Of a stretch of 64,000 bases of DNA, positions 38,201 to 48,074 are shown piece after piece. The DNA comes from an uncultured Acidobacteriota bacterium (lineage in GTDB: Bacteria; Acidobacteriota; Thermoanaerobaculia; Gp7-AA8). The translations under genes and the position numbers were made by a program. Each line of letters opens with the position of its first letter. Within the stretch, counting starts at the first letter, position 1. Location of the stretch: the NCBI GenBank assembly GCA_963741955.1, contig CAVUKB010000007.1:704001-768000 (forward strand), in the 5' to 3' direction. The notes under the pieces are model-generated. The model worked only from the letters and a program-made list of their open reading frames with translations, searched no databases and was not told the origin of the DNA.

Positions 38201-39610
38201 ATGAAAGAAAAACTCCTCATCGTCGATGACGAGGCATCGCTCCGCGATTTCCTGACGATCGTGTTCGAGCAGGAAGGGTGGCTCGTCGACTCGGCGGAAA
38301 ATCTCGCCACGGCCCGCCGCGCGATGCAGTCGTTCGATCCCGAAGTCGTCCTTTGCGACATGATCATGCCGGACGGCTCGGGGATGGAGCTGCTGCACGA
38401 GATCCGCTCGCAGCGTCCCGAAGTGGCGGTGATCATGATCACCGCCCACACCTCCACCCGCTCCGCGGTGGAAGCGCTCAAGGCGGGGGCGCTCGACTAC
38501 ATCGCGAAGCCGTTCGACGTGGAAGAGCTGAAGATCGTCGTCCACAAGGCGGTGGAGCGTCGGGAGCTGGAAGCGGAGAACGTTCACCTCCGGACTCAGC
38601 TCGAAGGGCGGTTCACTTTCGAGGGGATCATCGGGCGCAGCCGCCGGATGCAGGAGATCTTCACGGTCGTCGAGCGGATCGCGCCGACCGGATCGACCGT
38701 GCTGATCACCGGAGATTCCGGAACCGGGAAGGAGATGATCGCGCGAGCGATTCACCAGAAGTCGGGCCGTTCGGGCCGGTTCGTCTCCATCAACTGCGGC
38801 GCGATGCCGGAAAATCTTCTCGAATCGGAGCTGTTCGGTCACGAGAAGGGCGCTTTCACCGGTGCGATCCGGGACAAGAAGGGGCTCTTCCAGGAGGCGG
38901 AACGGGGAACGATCTTCCTCGACGAGATCGGCGAGATGAGCCCTCCGATGCAGATCAAGCTCCTGCGCGTTCTTCAGGACCGGGTGATCCGCCGGGTCGG
39001 CGGAAACGAAGAGTTTCCGGCCGATGTCCGTGTGATCGCGGCGACCAACAGCGATCTTTTCGAATCGATTCAGAAGGGCTCGTTCCGGGAGGATCTCTTC
39101 TACCGGATCAACGTCATTCCAATCGCGCTCCCATCACTGCGGCAGCGTCGCGAAGACATCGCCATCCTCGCCGACCACTTCATCGCGTCGTACTCGCGCA
39201 GCATGGGCGTTCCGGTCAAGCGGATCTCCGCGGAAGCGATGCGGATCCTCGAGCATTATTCGTGGCCGGGGAACGTGCGCGAGCTGCAGAACGTGATCGA
39301 GAGGGCGGTGGCTCTCGAGTCGTCGGAGATGATCACCACGCGCTCGCTCCCCGAGAACATCGTCAACGACATCAGCCCGACCGCGGCGATGCACGAGCTG
39401 CCGCAGGAAGGTCTCTGTCTGGAGAAGTATCTCGAAGAGATCGGCAAGCACCTGATGCTTCGCGCGCTGGAGCGGACCGGCGGGGTGCAGACGAAGGCGG
39501 CGGAGCTCCTTCGGATGTCGTTCCGGTCGTTCCGTTACTACGCGAAAAAATACGGCCTGGTCACCGGCGGGAACAAGGTGGACACGGCTTTCGGCGGTGG
39601 AAATGAGTAA
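38201..39610 (+). CDS. Sigma-54-dependent response regulator (PilR/NtrC family)
   Basis: Receiver (LIVDDE, LCDMIMPD), GDSGTGKE, GAFTGA, WPGNVREL, HTH AAELLRMSFRSFRY (PilR-like). Confidence 0.93.
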   Translation: MKEKLLIVDDEASLRDFLTIVFEQEGWLVDSAENLATARRAMQSFDPEVVLCDMIMPDGSGMELLHEIRSQRPEVAVIMITAHTSTRSAVEALKAGALDYIAKPFDVEELKIVVHKAVERRELEAENVHLRTQLEGRFTFEGIIGRSRRMQEIFTVVERIAPTGSTVLITGDSGTGKEMIARAIHQKSGRSGRFVSINCGAMPENLLESELFGHEKGAFTGAIRDKKGLFQEAERGTIFLDEIGEMSPPMQIKLLRVLQDRVIRRVGGNEEFPADVRVIAATNSDLFESIQKGSFREDLFYRINVIPIALPSLRQRREDIAILADHFIASYSRSMGVPVKRISAEAMRILEHYSWPGNVRELQNVIERAVALESSEMITTRSLPENIVNDISPTAAMHELPQEGLCLEKYLEEIGKHLMLRALERTGGVQTKAAELLRMSFRSFRYYAKKYGLVTGGNKVDTAFGGGNE

Positions 39611-40136
39611 GTTCGTCGTTCTTGGTGCGATCCTGATCATGGCGGGATGCCAGCAGTTTCCCGGCGGAAAGGCGGAAGCTCCTCCCGCGACGGATGCCGC
39701 GGCTCCGGCGGCCACCACCGCCGCGGGTTCGGGCGGCGGTATCTCGACGCGCCCCGCCGCGATCCTCCCCGACGGATTCCGGGTCTGGATGGAGATTGCC
39801 GCGGACGACCAGTCGCGAGCGGAGGGACTGATGTACCGCGAGAGCGTTCCTGCGGGTTCGGGGATGTTGTTCATGTTTCCGCAGGAGGGGCTCTATCCCT
39901 TCTGGATGAAGAACACCTACGTACCTCTGGACATGATCTGGATGGATTCGTCGGGGCGCGTGGTCGACGTGAAGTCGAACGTCCCACCCTGTCCGGGCGA
40001 TCCCTGTCCCTCGTTCACCCCCGCCGGAACGGCATCTTACGTTCTCGAGCTCGGTGCGGGGGAAGCGTCGAAACACGGCGTGAAGAAGGGCTCCGCGATC
40101 CGGCTGGAGAACGTGGAGCAATACCGGGCGACCTGA
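39603..40136 (+). CDS. DUF192-family lipoprotein
   Basis: Lipobox MAGC; EIA...GLMYR...GMLF...FWMKNT..PLDMIW...YVLEL. Confidence 0.9.
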   Translation: MSKFVVLGAILIMAGCQQFPGGKAEAPPATDAAAPAATTAAGSGGGISTRPAAILPDGFRVWMEIAADDQSRAEGLMYRESVPAGSGMLFMFPQEGLYPFWMKNTYVPLDMIWMDSSGRVVDVKSNVPPCPGDPCPSFTPAGTASYVLELGAGEASKHGVKKGSAIRLENVEQYRAT

Positions 40137-40214
40137 TCGCGTTCCCTAACGTGATACGGCGGATGCTCTCCTGGTGGTGAAAAGGTCCGGGACGGGCCAC
40201 GCCGAGGATTCTGA

Positions 40215-41120
40215 ATGGCCAGCCGACGCGAAAATCTCCACTCGATCTACGTTCTCCTCTTTGCGGTGATCGCGTTCTACATCCTGCAGCGTCAGGACGT
40301 GCAACGGTATGCGGAGTTGTTCGCATTCGTCCCGCAGGCGGTGATGCAGGGGGAAGTGTGGCGTCTGGTCACGTTTCAGTTCCTGCAGGGTGGGCTGATC
40401 TTCTTCTTTTTCGAGCTGCTGATCCTCTGGTACATCGGTGTCGTGATCGAGGACGCGTTCGGGACGTTTCACTTCCTGATGCTCTTCGTCGTCTCCTCGC
40501 TCGGCTCTGCCGCAGCGGGATTCGCCCTCGGCGTGCCGCTGCTCGGCGTCCCGGTCTTCACCTACACCACGCTGTTCGTCTTCGCGCACATGCATCCGGA
40601 GCAGGTCTTCTACATCTTCGGGATTCTTCCGATGAAGGTGAAGTGGCTGGCCTGGATCGCGATGGCACTCCTCGGATGGGGCCTGATCCGTTTCTCTCCG
40701 ACCAGTGTCTCCGCCGTCGCGGGCGCGGCGATCGGATTCGGCTGGTACCTGCTGGTCGACCGCAGCGCGATGCGGAGTCTCGTTCCGCGCCGCCAATACC
40801 AGGGCAATACGCCTCTCCCTCCGACCAGGGGCGACGAAGCCATGGCCCGGCGGAATCTCGATCGCTTCGGTCGCATCAGACATGCGATCGAAACGGGGAC
40901 CCGTGAGGAGCGGGAACGGCTGTCACATGAGATCGAGAAGGAGATCGTTCCGGGCGTGAACATCTGTCCTCCCGCGGATTACAAGCCGGAGAACGCGGAT
41001 CAGTACTGCATTCACTGTGAAGGGTTCGCGGAGTGCTCGGTCCGTTATCTGAAGCTCAACGAGCCTGAGGAGCAGCAGCGGGAAGGAGAGTCGGACGAGG
41101 AGAGTGCGGCCTCCGTCTGA
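40215..41120 (+). CDS. Rhomboid-like membrane protein with a Cys-rich C-terminal domain
   Basis: QGEVWRLVTF (WR motif), about 6 TM helices; no GxSG visible; tail C-x13-CxxC-x5-C. Confidence 0.8.
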   Translation: MASRRENLHSIYVLLFAVIAFYILQRQDVQRYAELFAFVPQAVMQGEVWRLVTFQFLQGGLIFFFFELLILWYIGVVIEDAFGTFHFLMLFVVSSLGSAAAGFALGVPLLGVPVFTYTTLFVFAHMHPEQVFYIFGILPMKVKWLAWIAMALLGWGLIRFSPTSVSAVAGAAIGFGWYLLVDRSAMRSLVPRRQYQGNTPLPPTRGDEAMARRNLDRFGRIRHAIETGTREERERLSHEIEKEIVPGVNICPPADYKPENADQYCIHCEGFAECSVRYLKLNEPEEQQREGESDEESAASV

Positions 41121-41159
41121 GGGGCCGGTACGCGCCAGCGCGGAAGCGGCGGCATGCGA

Positions 41160-41810
41160 TCACGACTCGGTCGATCCGGGACCGCCGCCGTTCTGACCAC
41201 CGCCGTTGCTCCCGCCGCTGCGCCGTCTGCGGAATCTCCTGCGCCGGCGTTTCTGCTGCTCCGAACCTTCCGTCCGCGCGCCATCCTGTTTCGATTCCGG
41301 AGCGGGGGAAGATGGCGGCGCGCCTTCGGCACCCGGACGCGGCGACGGCCGGGGCCGCGGCTTCTGCTGCTGTTGGGGTTGCCGCTGCTGATTCTGCGGC
41401 TGCTGCGGATTCTGCGGTCCGCTGCGCTTGCGGCGTCTCTGCCGCGCCCGGCGGCTTCGGCCGGTTCCCGGCGCCGGCGCCTGTCCCTCGGGTGTTTCCG
41501 CGGGCTGCGGCGTTCCCTGCGGCTGCGGGCGTCCCGCACCGCGCCCGCGCTGCGGCTGGACCCCGGGCTTGCCTCCGCGTCTCCGCTGATCGCGGCCCTT
41601 CGGCCTCGCTCGTCCCTTCTCGCCCGTCTCGGGGAGGGAGATGCCGCGGGCCGCGAGGCGACGCTTCAGCCGGCCGAGCGACGCGTTCTCCCGCCTTTCC
41701 CGCGTCTCGTCGTATCCGCAGAACGGACATCGCTTCCAACCCTCGGGATACGAGCGGTCGCAGGCTTTGCAGGGGATGCTTTTCGGCAGTGGCATCGGCT
41801 CGGTGCTCAT
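41160..41810 (-). CDS. Zinc-ribbon protein with a basic, disordered tail
   Basis: CKAC...CPFC at the N-terminus; Arg/Gln/Pro-rich low-complexity remainder (QKRRRRRFRRRR); downstream of the M1 peptidase. Confidence 0.65.
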   Translation of the reverse strand: MSTEPMPLPKSIPCKACDRSYPEGWKRCPFCGYDETRERRENASLGRLKRRLAARGISLPETGEKGRARPKGRDQRRRGGKPGVQPQRGRGAGRPQPQGTPQPAETPEGQAPAPGTGRSRRARQRRRKRSGPQNPQQPQNQQRQPQQQQKPRPRPSPRPGAEGAPPSSPAPESKQDGARTEGSEQQKRRRRRFRRRRSGGSNGGGQNGGGPGSTES

Positions 41811-41874
41811 CTCGAAGCTCGAAATTCGAACTTCGAGAACACGAACGCATTCTACACGAGCGGCATTGCAGGCT

Positions 41875-43653
41875 TCACTCCGCGGGATATTTCTCCATCA
41901 CTCCCTCGATCACGCGGCGCGAGAGCGAGTGGTACGACGTCTTTGCGGCGTCGAAGATCTCGTGCGCGAGCTTGCGCGTGCGCGCGTGCCGCCCCAGCGC
42001 GAGGAAGAGCGGCCGGAGATACTTCATCCGCCCGACCCGCGTCAGGACTTCCCGGAGCCGGTCGAACACCGGCTCGTAATCCGATCCGGCCGCGATGGTC
42101 AACCATTCCGCGAGAATCTCGTAGTTGCCGCGAGAGGTGAGATCGAAATGCTGGTCGAGCCAGTCGAGCGATTCGCGATCCATCTGCCGCGGGAGGTGCT
42201 GCAGATAGACCAGCAGCTCCCGGGTATCCCAGTTCTCGATGTCGGCGTCGGAAGGCCTCTCACCCCCGGCCCATCCTTCGGCGAGTTTCGTCAGCCGCTC
42301 CAGGGTCGCTGAGCGGAACACCGGGGCGTTGTCGGGCATCCCGGTCCCGTACAGCCACTCCGTCGCCTTCGCCTTCTCGGCGAGCCCGGGCATCTTCTCC
42401 TCCAGAAATCCGATGAATTCCTCGGAGGTGATGGAGGTGAAACGGAAGTGCTCCATGTAGGCGCGCATGAAGCGGTCGAACTTCTCTCGTCCCGCCTCCC
42501 GCTCGAGGACGACTGCAAACCTGGCCCCCTTCTCGTAGGGGATGGAGGAGAACGCATCGTCGGGATCGATTCCTTCGAGGTCGGTGCGGAGCCTGGTGAG
42601 TGGAGAGTCGGCGCCGAAACGCTCGACGGAAGTGTCGAGCGCGTTCTGTCCGATGGCCCAGCCGAGAATGGCGACTTCCTCGCCGTGCAGCGCTTCGAGG
42701 ATCCGGCGCTCGGCCCAGGTGGTGAATCCCTCGTTGAGCCAGAAGTGGTCCATGGTGGCGTTGGTGACGAGATTCCCGGTCCACGAGTGCGCGAGCTCGT
42801 GCGCCACGACGTCCACCAGCGAGCGGTCGCCTGCGATGACGGTCGGAGTTAGGAACGTGATCCGCGGGTTCTCCATACCGCCGTAGGGGAAGGAGGGCGG
42901 AAGGATCAGCATGTCGTAGCGGTCCCATTCGTACGGTCCGAAGAGGGCCTCCGCGGTGGTGATCATCGTCTCGGTCTTCCCGAACTCCCACGCCGCGTCC
43001 TCGACGCTCTCGGGCTCTGCCCAGACGCGCACCCTGGAGCTGACGTCGCGGGAGGCGAGATTGCCGGCCGCGATGGCGAGCAGATACGGCGGGATCGGCT
43101 GCGGCATGGAGAAGAGGAATGTGTGCCGATCGCCCTCCCTCTTCTCGCCCGCGGGGCCGGCGGACATGACCGCGGAGAGCTGCGCCGGGACGTTCACTTC
43201 CGCTTCGTACGTCACGCGCGCGCGGGGCGAATCCTGCAGGGGGATGATCGAGCGCGCGTGAATCGCCTGGCACTGGCTGAAGAGGAAGGGGTGCTGCTTT
43301 CCTTCCGTCTGTGCGGGCGTGAGCCACTGGAGCGCGATCGCGTCGGGCGAGGTGCAGTAGGAGATTCGCGCCTCCTTCGTTGCGGCCGGGAGGTCGAGGC
43401 GAAGGCGCTGCCCGAGAATGGGCTCTTCGTCGGCGAGCATGTGGGGCACGACCGTGCCGTCGGGAAGCGTGACCGAACGGATGGTCAGGCCCTTCGAGTC
43501 GAGATCGAGCGGACCCGCGCATGGCTCGGCAAAGACGAGGGTCACGTCTCCGGATATTTCCTTTCGGTCGAAGTCGAGGTTCCAGCGGAGCCGGAGATGC
43601 CTCACGCGCGGCTGTTCGTCGTCGAAGTACGAGTGGGGATCGATACGGGTCAT
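41875..43653 (-). CDS. M1 aminopeptidase (leukotriene A4 hydrolase-like)
   Basis: FSQCQAIHARS, FPYGGMEN, HELAH-x18-E (WLNEG), PYEKG, GRMKYLRP. Confidence 0.96.
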   Translation of the reverse strand: MTRIDPHSYFDDEQPRVRHLRLRWNLDFDRKEISGDVTLVFAEPCAGPLDLDSKGLTIRSVTLPDGTVVPHMLADEEPILGQRLRLDLPAATKEARISYCTSPDAIALQWLTPAQTEGKQHPFLFSQCQAIHARSIIPLQDSPRARVTYEAEVNVPAQLSAVMSAGPAGEKREGDRHTFLFSMPQPIPPYLLAIAAGNLASRDVSSRVRVWAEPESVEDAAWEFGKTETMITTAEALFGPYEWDRYDMLILPPSFPYGGMENPRITFLTPTVIAGDRSLVDVVAHELAHSWTGNLVTNATMDHFWLNEGFTTWAERRILEALHGEEVAILGWAIGQNALDTSVERFGADSPLTRLRTDLEGIDPDDAFSSIPYEKGARFAVVLEREAGREKFDRFMRAYMEHFRFTSITSEEFIGFLEEKMPGLAEKAKATEWLYGTGMPDNAPVFRSATLERLTKLAEGWAGGERPSDADIENWDTRELLVYLQHLPRQMDRESLDWLDQHFDLTSRGNYEILAEWLTIAAGSDYEPVFDRLREVLTRVGRMKYLRPLFLALGRHARTRKLAHEIFDAAKTSYHSLSRRVIEGVMEKYPAE

Positions 43654-43947
43654 GGCGGTACCTCCCGGAATTTACGGAGGGATCATATCGCGGGAGGAGA
43701 GATGTGCGACCGTCCGGACCGGAAAGTGGGTCGCGCGTTTCGCGCGAGGCCCTCCGGCGTGGCGCGGGAGGGCGACGGTGGCATCGAGGAGTAAATGTGA
43801 CGCTGGCGAGAGGCGAGGTTCGCGGGAGAGCGGGAGACGCGAACGAGGGATCTGCCGAGAGGAATGATCCGCTTTCCGTTGGAGCCATCGCTCCCCGGCA
43901 CGATGCCGGGAGCCTCGCGCCGGAGACGCGACCCACATGCTCCGCCG

Positions 43948-44901
43948 TTACGGTGCGGCGATGATGATCGCTGCGATCCCGGCGGATTCGAGCCGCTCCC
44001 TCACGTCGATCGCCTTCGCGCGCGAGTCGAATGGCCCGAGGCGTACGCGGAAGAACGAGCCGCTCTCTTCGATGAACGCGGAGGGGAGGATCCGGTCGAT
44101 CTTCTCCTTCAACTCCTGCGCGTTCGCCGCGACCTGGAACGCACCGACCTGCAGCACGTAATGGACGTCCGGCACGTTCGTCTCCGCCGTCGCCGGCCGC
44201 GGCGCCGGTTCCGAAGCCGCCTCGGGAGGTTCGCCGACGAACGTCTTTCCGTCCGGGCCGACCTTCCTCACCACTGGACGTCCGCCATGCTCTTCGATGA
44301 CGGTGACGTCGACCGGAGCGTCGGCCGTATCAGGCTGCGTACTCTTCGGAGCGTTCGCAGCTTTCGTCGCCCTCTTCGTCTCCTCCGGAAGAGGGAACGG
44401 AACGTCGGGCGGGGTCGGATCGACGACCTTCTTCGACGCGGAGCTCGATGCAGGAGTGGTCTCCGCCTTCGGCGACAGCTCGACCAGCAGCGGTTTCGGA
44501 GGTTCACGATCGCCCGCACCGAGCCGGACGACCTCGGCGTTCACCGTTCCGATTCCCGCTTCGACGAGGCCGATCGCCTTTGCCGCGGCGTACGACAGAT
44601 CGAGCACCCGTCCCTCGATGAAGGGGCCGCGGTCGTTGATACGAACCAGAACGCTCTCGCCGTTCGCGGGATTCGTCACGCGAAGGACGGTTCCGAAGGG
44701 GAGCGAGCGATGCGCCGCGGTGAGGAGCATCGGATCGAAGATCTCGCCGTTGGACGTGGTGCGGCCGGCGAATTCCTGGCCGTACCAGCTCGCGGTTCCG
44801 GTGAACCGTGCGGGATAGGTGGAGCGAGGAGCGGTGGAGACGCAGGCCTCCAGAACGAGAACCAACATCGCGAGCAGCAGGAGTCTCGCGCGCAGAGTCA
44901 T
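43948..44901 (-). CDS. rlpA: Septal ring lytic transglycosylase RlpA with SPOR domain
   Basis: Lipobox LEAC; ASWYG, TAAHRSLPFG, RINDRGPF, DLSYAAA; C-terminal LQVGAF...RVRLGPF. Confidence 0.93.
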   Translation of the reverse strand: MTLRARLLLLAMLVLVLEACVSTAPRSTYPARFTGTASWYGQEFAGRTTSNGEIFDPMLLTAAHRSLPFGTVLRVTNPANGESVLVRINDRGPFIEGRVLDLSYAAAKAIGLVEAGIGTVNAEVVRLGAGDREPPKPLLVELSPKAETTPASSSASKKVVDPTPPDVPFPLPEETKRATKAANAPKSTQPDTADAPVDVTVIEEHGGRPVVRKVGPDGKTFVGEPPEAASEPAPRPATAETNVPDVHYVLQVGAFQVAANAQELKEKIDRILPSAFIEESGSFFRVRLGPFDSRAKAIDVRERLESAGIAAIIIAAP

Positions 44902-46334
44902 ACTCGGACCTCTCCCACCTCCTCCGACAGCAGTTCGCGGTCACTCGCGAGCACGGGGTCGATCTTCTCTTCCAGGAACCGCTCGACCTGCCGCGGGGCG
45001 AGGCCGATGAACTCTTCGGGGCCGGCGATGCGGTCGATCTCTTCACGGCTGATGCCGAAGATCGGGTCGGCGGCGATCCGGTCGAACAGGTCATTGCGAC
45101 TCGCGCCGCTCTTGAGTGCGTCCGCCGCCGCGACCGAATGGACGCGCACGCGCTCGTGCAGCACCTGGCGGTCGCCTCCGCGGCGCACTCCTTCCATCAT
45201 CAGATTCTCCGTCGCCATGAATGGAAGCTCGCGCGCGACGTTCGCCGCGATGACTTCCTCGTGCACCACGATCCCGCTGACGATGTTGTCGTAGATCATC
45301 AGGATCGCGTCGGCGCCGAGGAATGCTTCGGTGATCGCGATGCGGCGGTTGGAGGAGTCGTCGAGAGTCCGCTCGAGCCACTGTGTCGCGGCAGTGTGCG
45401 CCGGGTTCTGGGAGTTGATGATGAGGTGGCGCGAGAGGCCGTCGATCCGTTCCGCGCGCATCGGATTGCGTTTGTACGCCATCGCCGACGAGCCGATCTG
45501 GTGCTCCTCGAACGGTTCCTCGATCTCGTGCATGTGCTGGAGGAGGCGCATGTCGTACGCGAACTTCGAGGCCGACTGCGCGATTCCTGCGAGCGCATTG
45601 ACCACCTGCGAGTCGACCTTGCGGGAGTACGTCTGTCCGGAGACGGGGTAGATGCGGTCGAAGCCGATCCGTTTCGCGACGAGACGGTCGAGCTCTTCGA
45701 CCTTCGCGCCGTCGCCGTCGAAAAGTTTGAGGAACGACGCCTGCGTGCCGGTCGCCCCTTTGACGCCGAGGAGCGCGAGACGCTCCTGCTGGAAGACGAG
45801 CTCCTCGTAGTCGAGGAGGAGGTCCTGCAGCCAGAGGGAGGCGCGCTTGCCGACCGTGGTCAGCTGAGCGGACTGGAAATGAGTGAAGGCGAGGGTCGGG
45901 GTGTTGCGCCAGCGCCAGGCGTAGTCGCGGAGCTTCGCCATCAGGTTCACCAGGCGGCGCCGGACGATCTTCATCGCCTCGTGCATCTGGAGGATCTCGC
46001 TATTGTCGGTGACGAAGGCGGAGGTGGCGCCGAGATGGATGATCCCCTTCGCGGTCGGGGCCTGGAGTCCGTAGGCGTGGACGTGAGCCATCACGTCGTG
46101 GCGCACTTCGCGCTCGCGCCGCTCGGCGTCTTCGTAGTTGATGTCGTCGGCGTGCGCCTTCAGCTCCGCGATCTGCGCGTCGGTGATCGGCAGCCCGAGC
46201 TCTTTCTCGGCCTCGGCGAGGGCGATCCAGAGCCGTCTCCACGTGCGGAACTTGAAGTCCGGCGAGAAGATGCGGGACATCTCGCGCGAAGCGTAGCGCT
46301 CGGTGAGAGGATTGCTGGCGGTGTCGCGTGGCAC
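44898..46334 (-). CDS. purB: Adenylosuccinate lyase
   Basis: PLTERYAS, RHDVMAH, IHLGATS, THFQSAQLTTVGKR, GSSAMAYKRNP. Confidence 0.97.
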   Translation of the reverse strand: MPRDTASNPLTERYASREMSRIFSPDFKFRTWRRLWIALAEAEKELGLPITDAQIAELKAHADDINYEDAERREREVRHDVMAHVHAYGLQAPTAKGIIHLGATSAFVTDNSEILQMHEAMKIVRRRLVNLMAKLRDYAWRWRNTPTLAFTHFQSAQLTTVGKRASLWLQDLLLDYEELVFQQERLALLGVKGATGTQASFLKLFDGDGAKVEELDRLVAKRIGFDRIYPVSGQTYSRKVDSQVVNALAGIAQSASKFAYDMRLLQHMHEIEEPFEEHQIGSSAMAYKRNPMRAERIDGLSRHLIINSQNPAHTAATQWLERTLDDSSNRRIAITEAFLGADAILMIYDNIVSGIVVHEEVIAANVARELPFMATENLMMEGVRRGGDRQVLHERVRVHSVAAADALKSGASRNDLFDRIAADPIFGISREEIDRIAGPEEFIGLAPRQVERFLEEKIDPVLASDRELLSEEVGEVRV

Positions 46335-46402
46335 GGAGGGATTATACCGTGTGGCGCGAGCGTCTCGCTCGGGCAGGACCCTCCGTCGGACCCGTCGGAC
46401 GG

Positions 46403-46777
46403 CTACCGATTGTCGCGGGACTCACTCGGGGCCGGCTTTTCTGGTTTGGCGTTCTCCGGCAGGACGTACACCGTCTCTCCCGGTTTCGACATGTCGAGGT
46501 GCTCGCGGGCGATCCGCTCGACGGCGAAGGTCGATTTCCGGAGACTCTCGATCTCCTTCTTCAGGCGGTCGTTTTCTCCTTTCAGGCGGTCGATCTCGAC
46601 CTGGAGGTCGTGGACCCGCTTGCGCGACTGCTGGAGCTCGGAGATCCCGCGCTGGCTGAACGCGAACGAGACGAGGAAGACGATGGTCAGCACCGCGCCG
46701 AGGAGGACGACGACCTTCAGGGTGGTGCGGGTCGTCTTCCGGCTGTCGTGCAGCGACACGGTGGGAGGGATGGGCAC
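46403..46777 (-). CDS. ftsB: Septum formation initiator (FtsB/DivIC)
   Basis: One TM helix, coiled coil, VERIAREHLDMSKPGE; GTG at 46777 lies just downstream of TTGACA-17-GACACT. Confidence 0.85.
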   Translation of the reverse strand: MPIPPTVSLHDSRKTTRTTLKVVVLLGAVLTIVFLVSFAFSQRGISELQQSRKRVHDLQVEIDRLKGENDRLKKEIESLRKSTFAVERIAREHLDMSKPGETVYVLPENAKPEKPAPSESRDNR

Positions 46778-46976
46778 GAGGGTAGTGTCGAATTCGCGGC
46801 CCCGGGTGTCAATGGGGGCGCCGGCTTCCAGCCGGAAAGTGGGTCGCACGTCTCGTGCGAAGCTCGCCGGCGTGTCGCCGGCGAGCGATGTGTGCGGACG
46901 TCATCACCCGCGGCGCTGGCGTTATCCGCGTTTGCGCCCCCTCCGCCTGAGTCCCGACCCTGCCGGCCTGCGACGA

Positions 46977-47134
46977 GCAGGGCGGCGCGGGACGCCGCCC
47001 TGCTCGAGAAGAAATGGGAATGACCCTACTTCGGCGTCACCAGCGTCACGTGTTGCGTCTCGTTGTTCGTGATACTGACGAATGCCCAGATTCTTCGTCC
47101 GGGATCGAGCGGCTTCACCTCGATGGCGATGTGT
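46977..47134. repeat. 158-bp direct repeat, copy 1 (copy 2 at 48026-48183)
   Basis: Identical by eye to 48026-48183 (offset 1049 bp); covers the hairpin GCAGGGCGGCG-cggga-CGCCGCCCTGC and the 3' end of the partner gene. Confidence 0.9.
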
Positions 47135-47848
47135 CGAAATTCAGAACCGCCGGGAAGGAATCCGAAATCGAGGTCACCTGAGCGAACCGGGGTGGGCAGG
47201 CAGATCGACTTGTCTCGGGAAGGTATTCGAGGTTCATTGGGAACTCCAGAAACGGATCGGCGTCGCCAGTGTCTCCCTGTTGTTCCGGGAGGCGGAATAG
47301 TCGGACGAGCACCCGCGATGTGCCTGGGTTCTCGAGATCGTAAACACGCAACGCCGCGCGGAAGGGCTCTCGTGTGGGAACGCCAAGAAGGTACACCGGA
47401 GTGCTCTCCGCGATCTCGCTCCGTCGGACAACGGGAATTTCCGTGCCGCAGGTGAGTGCCTGACGGGAACGGTCGGCGATTCTCAATTGCAGGTGCATCG
47501 CCGCCGCTCGTGCTTGCCGACCGACACTAGGATGCCCGGGTTCGGGCCGACGCTCCAGTCCGAATCGGATGGCCGCCACTGGTACACGCTCGCGGGAGGG
47601 AACTGCGGTGGCATCTGACATCCTTCGAGAACGCAGAATGGCTCGCCGGTGAACAATGGGACTTCTCGACCACTGGTGTTCCAGGCCCAGAGCACCGTAG
47701 TCCATAGGGAGCCGTACGCACCCTCCACCGGGTATCGCAACCCAATGGGTAGCAGAAGCCTGTCGTAGTCGTCAGGACTCTGGTACTGAGCGTGACCCAA
47801 CGCACACGTGAGAAACATCAGAACAGAGATCAGGACCTTAGCTTTCAT
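47026..47848 (-). pseudogene. Secreted protease-partner protein, copy B, frameshifted
   Basis: MKAKVLISVLMFLTCALGHAQ...YDRLLLPIGLRYPVEGAYGSLW; frame breaks near 47505 and 47137; 3' end identical to copy A (WAFVSITNNETQHVTLVTPK). Confidence 0.85.
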
Positions 47849-47868
47849 TTTAAGCTCCAGCAGCTCGG

Positions 47869-48024
47869 TCAAGGACAAGATCCAGCCAGATAAAGGCGGC
47901 GATTCGTGGTATACGGTGGAGGTCGAAAGGGACTCTGGTTCGTCGTCGCATTATTCCGGAGGTACTCCCAAGCTTGATCCGGGACAACGCGGCTGTAATT
48001 GTTTGAGTCACCATAGTGGAAGTG
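47869..48024 (-). pseudogene. Orphan 51-aa C-terminus of a variant S8 protease
   Basis: Manual translation HFHYGDSNNYSRVVPDQAWEYLRNNATTNQSPFRPPPYTTNRRLYLAGSCP*; 39 of 51 residues identical to the end of 48919..50355; no start codon. Confidence 0.9.
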
Positions 48025-48074
48025 GGCAGGGCGGCGCGGGACGCCGCCCTGCTCGAGAAGAAATGGGAATGACC

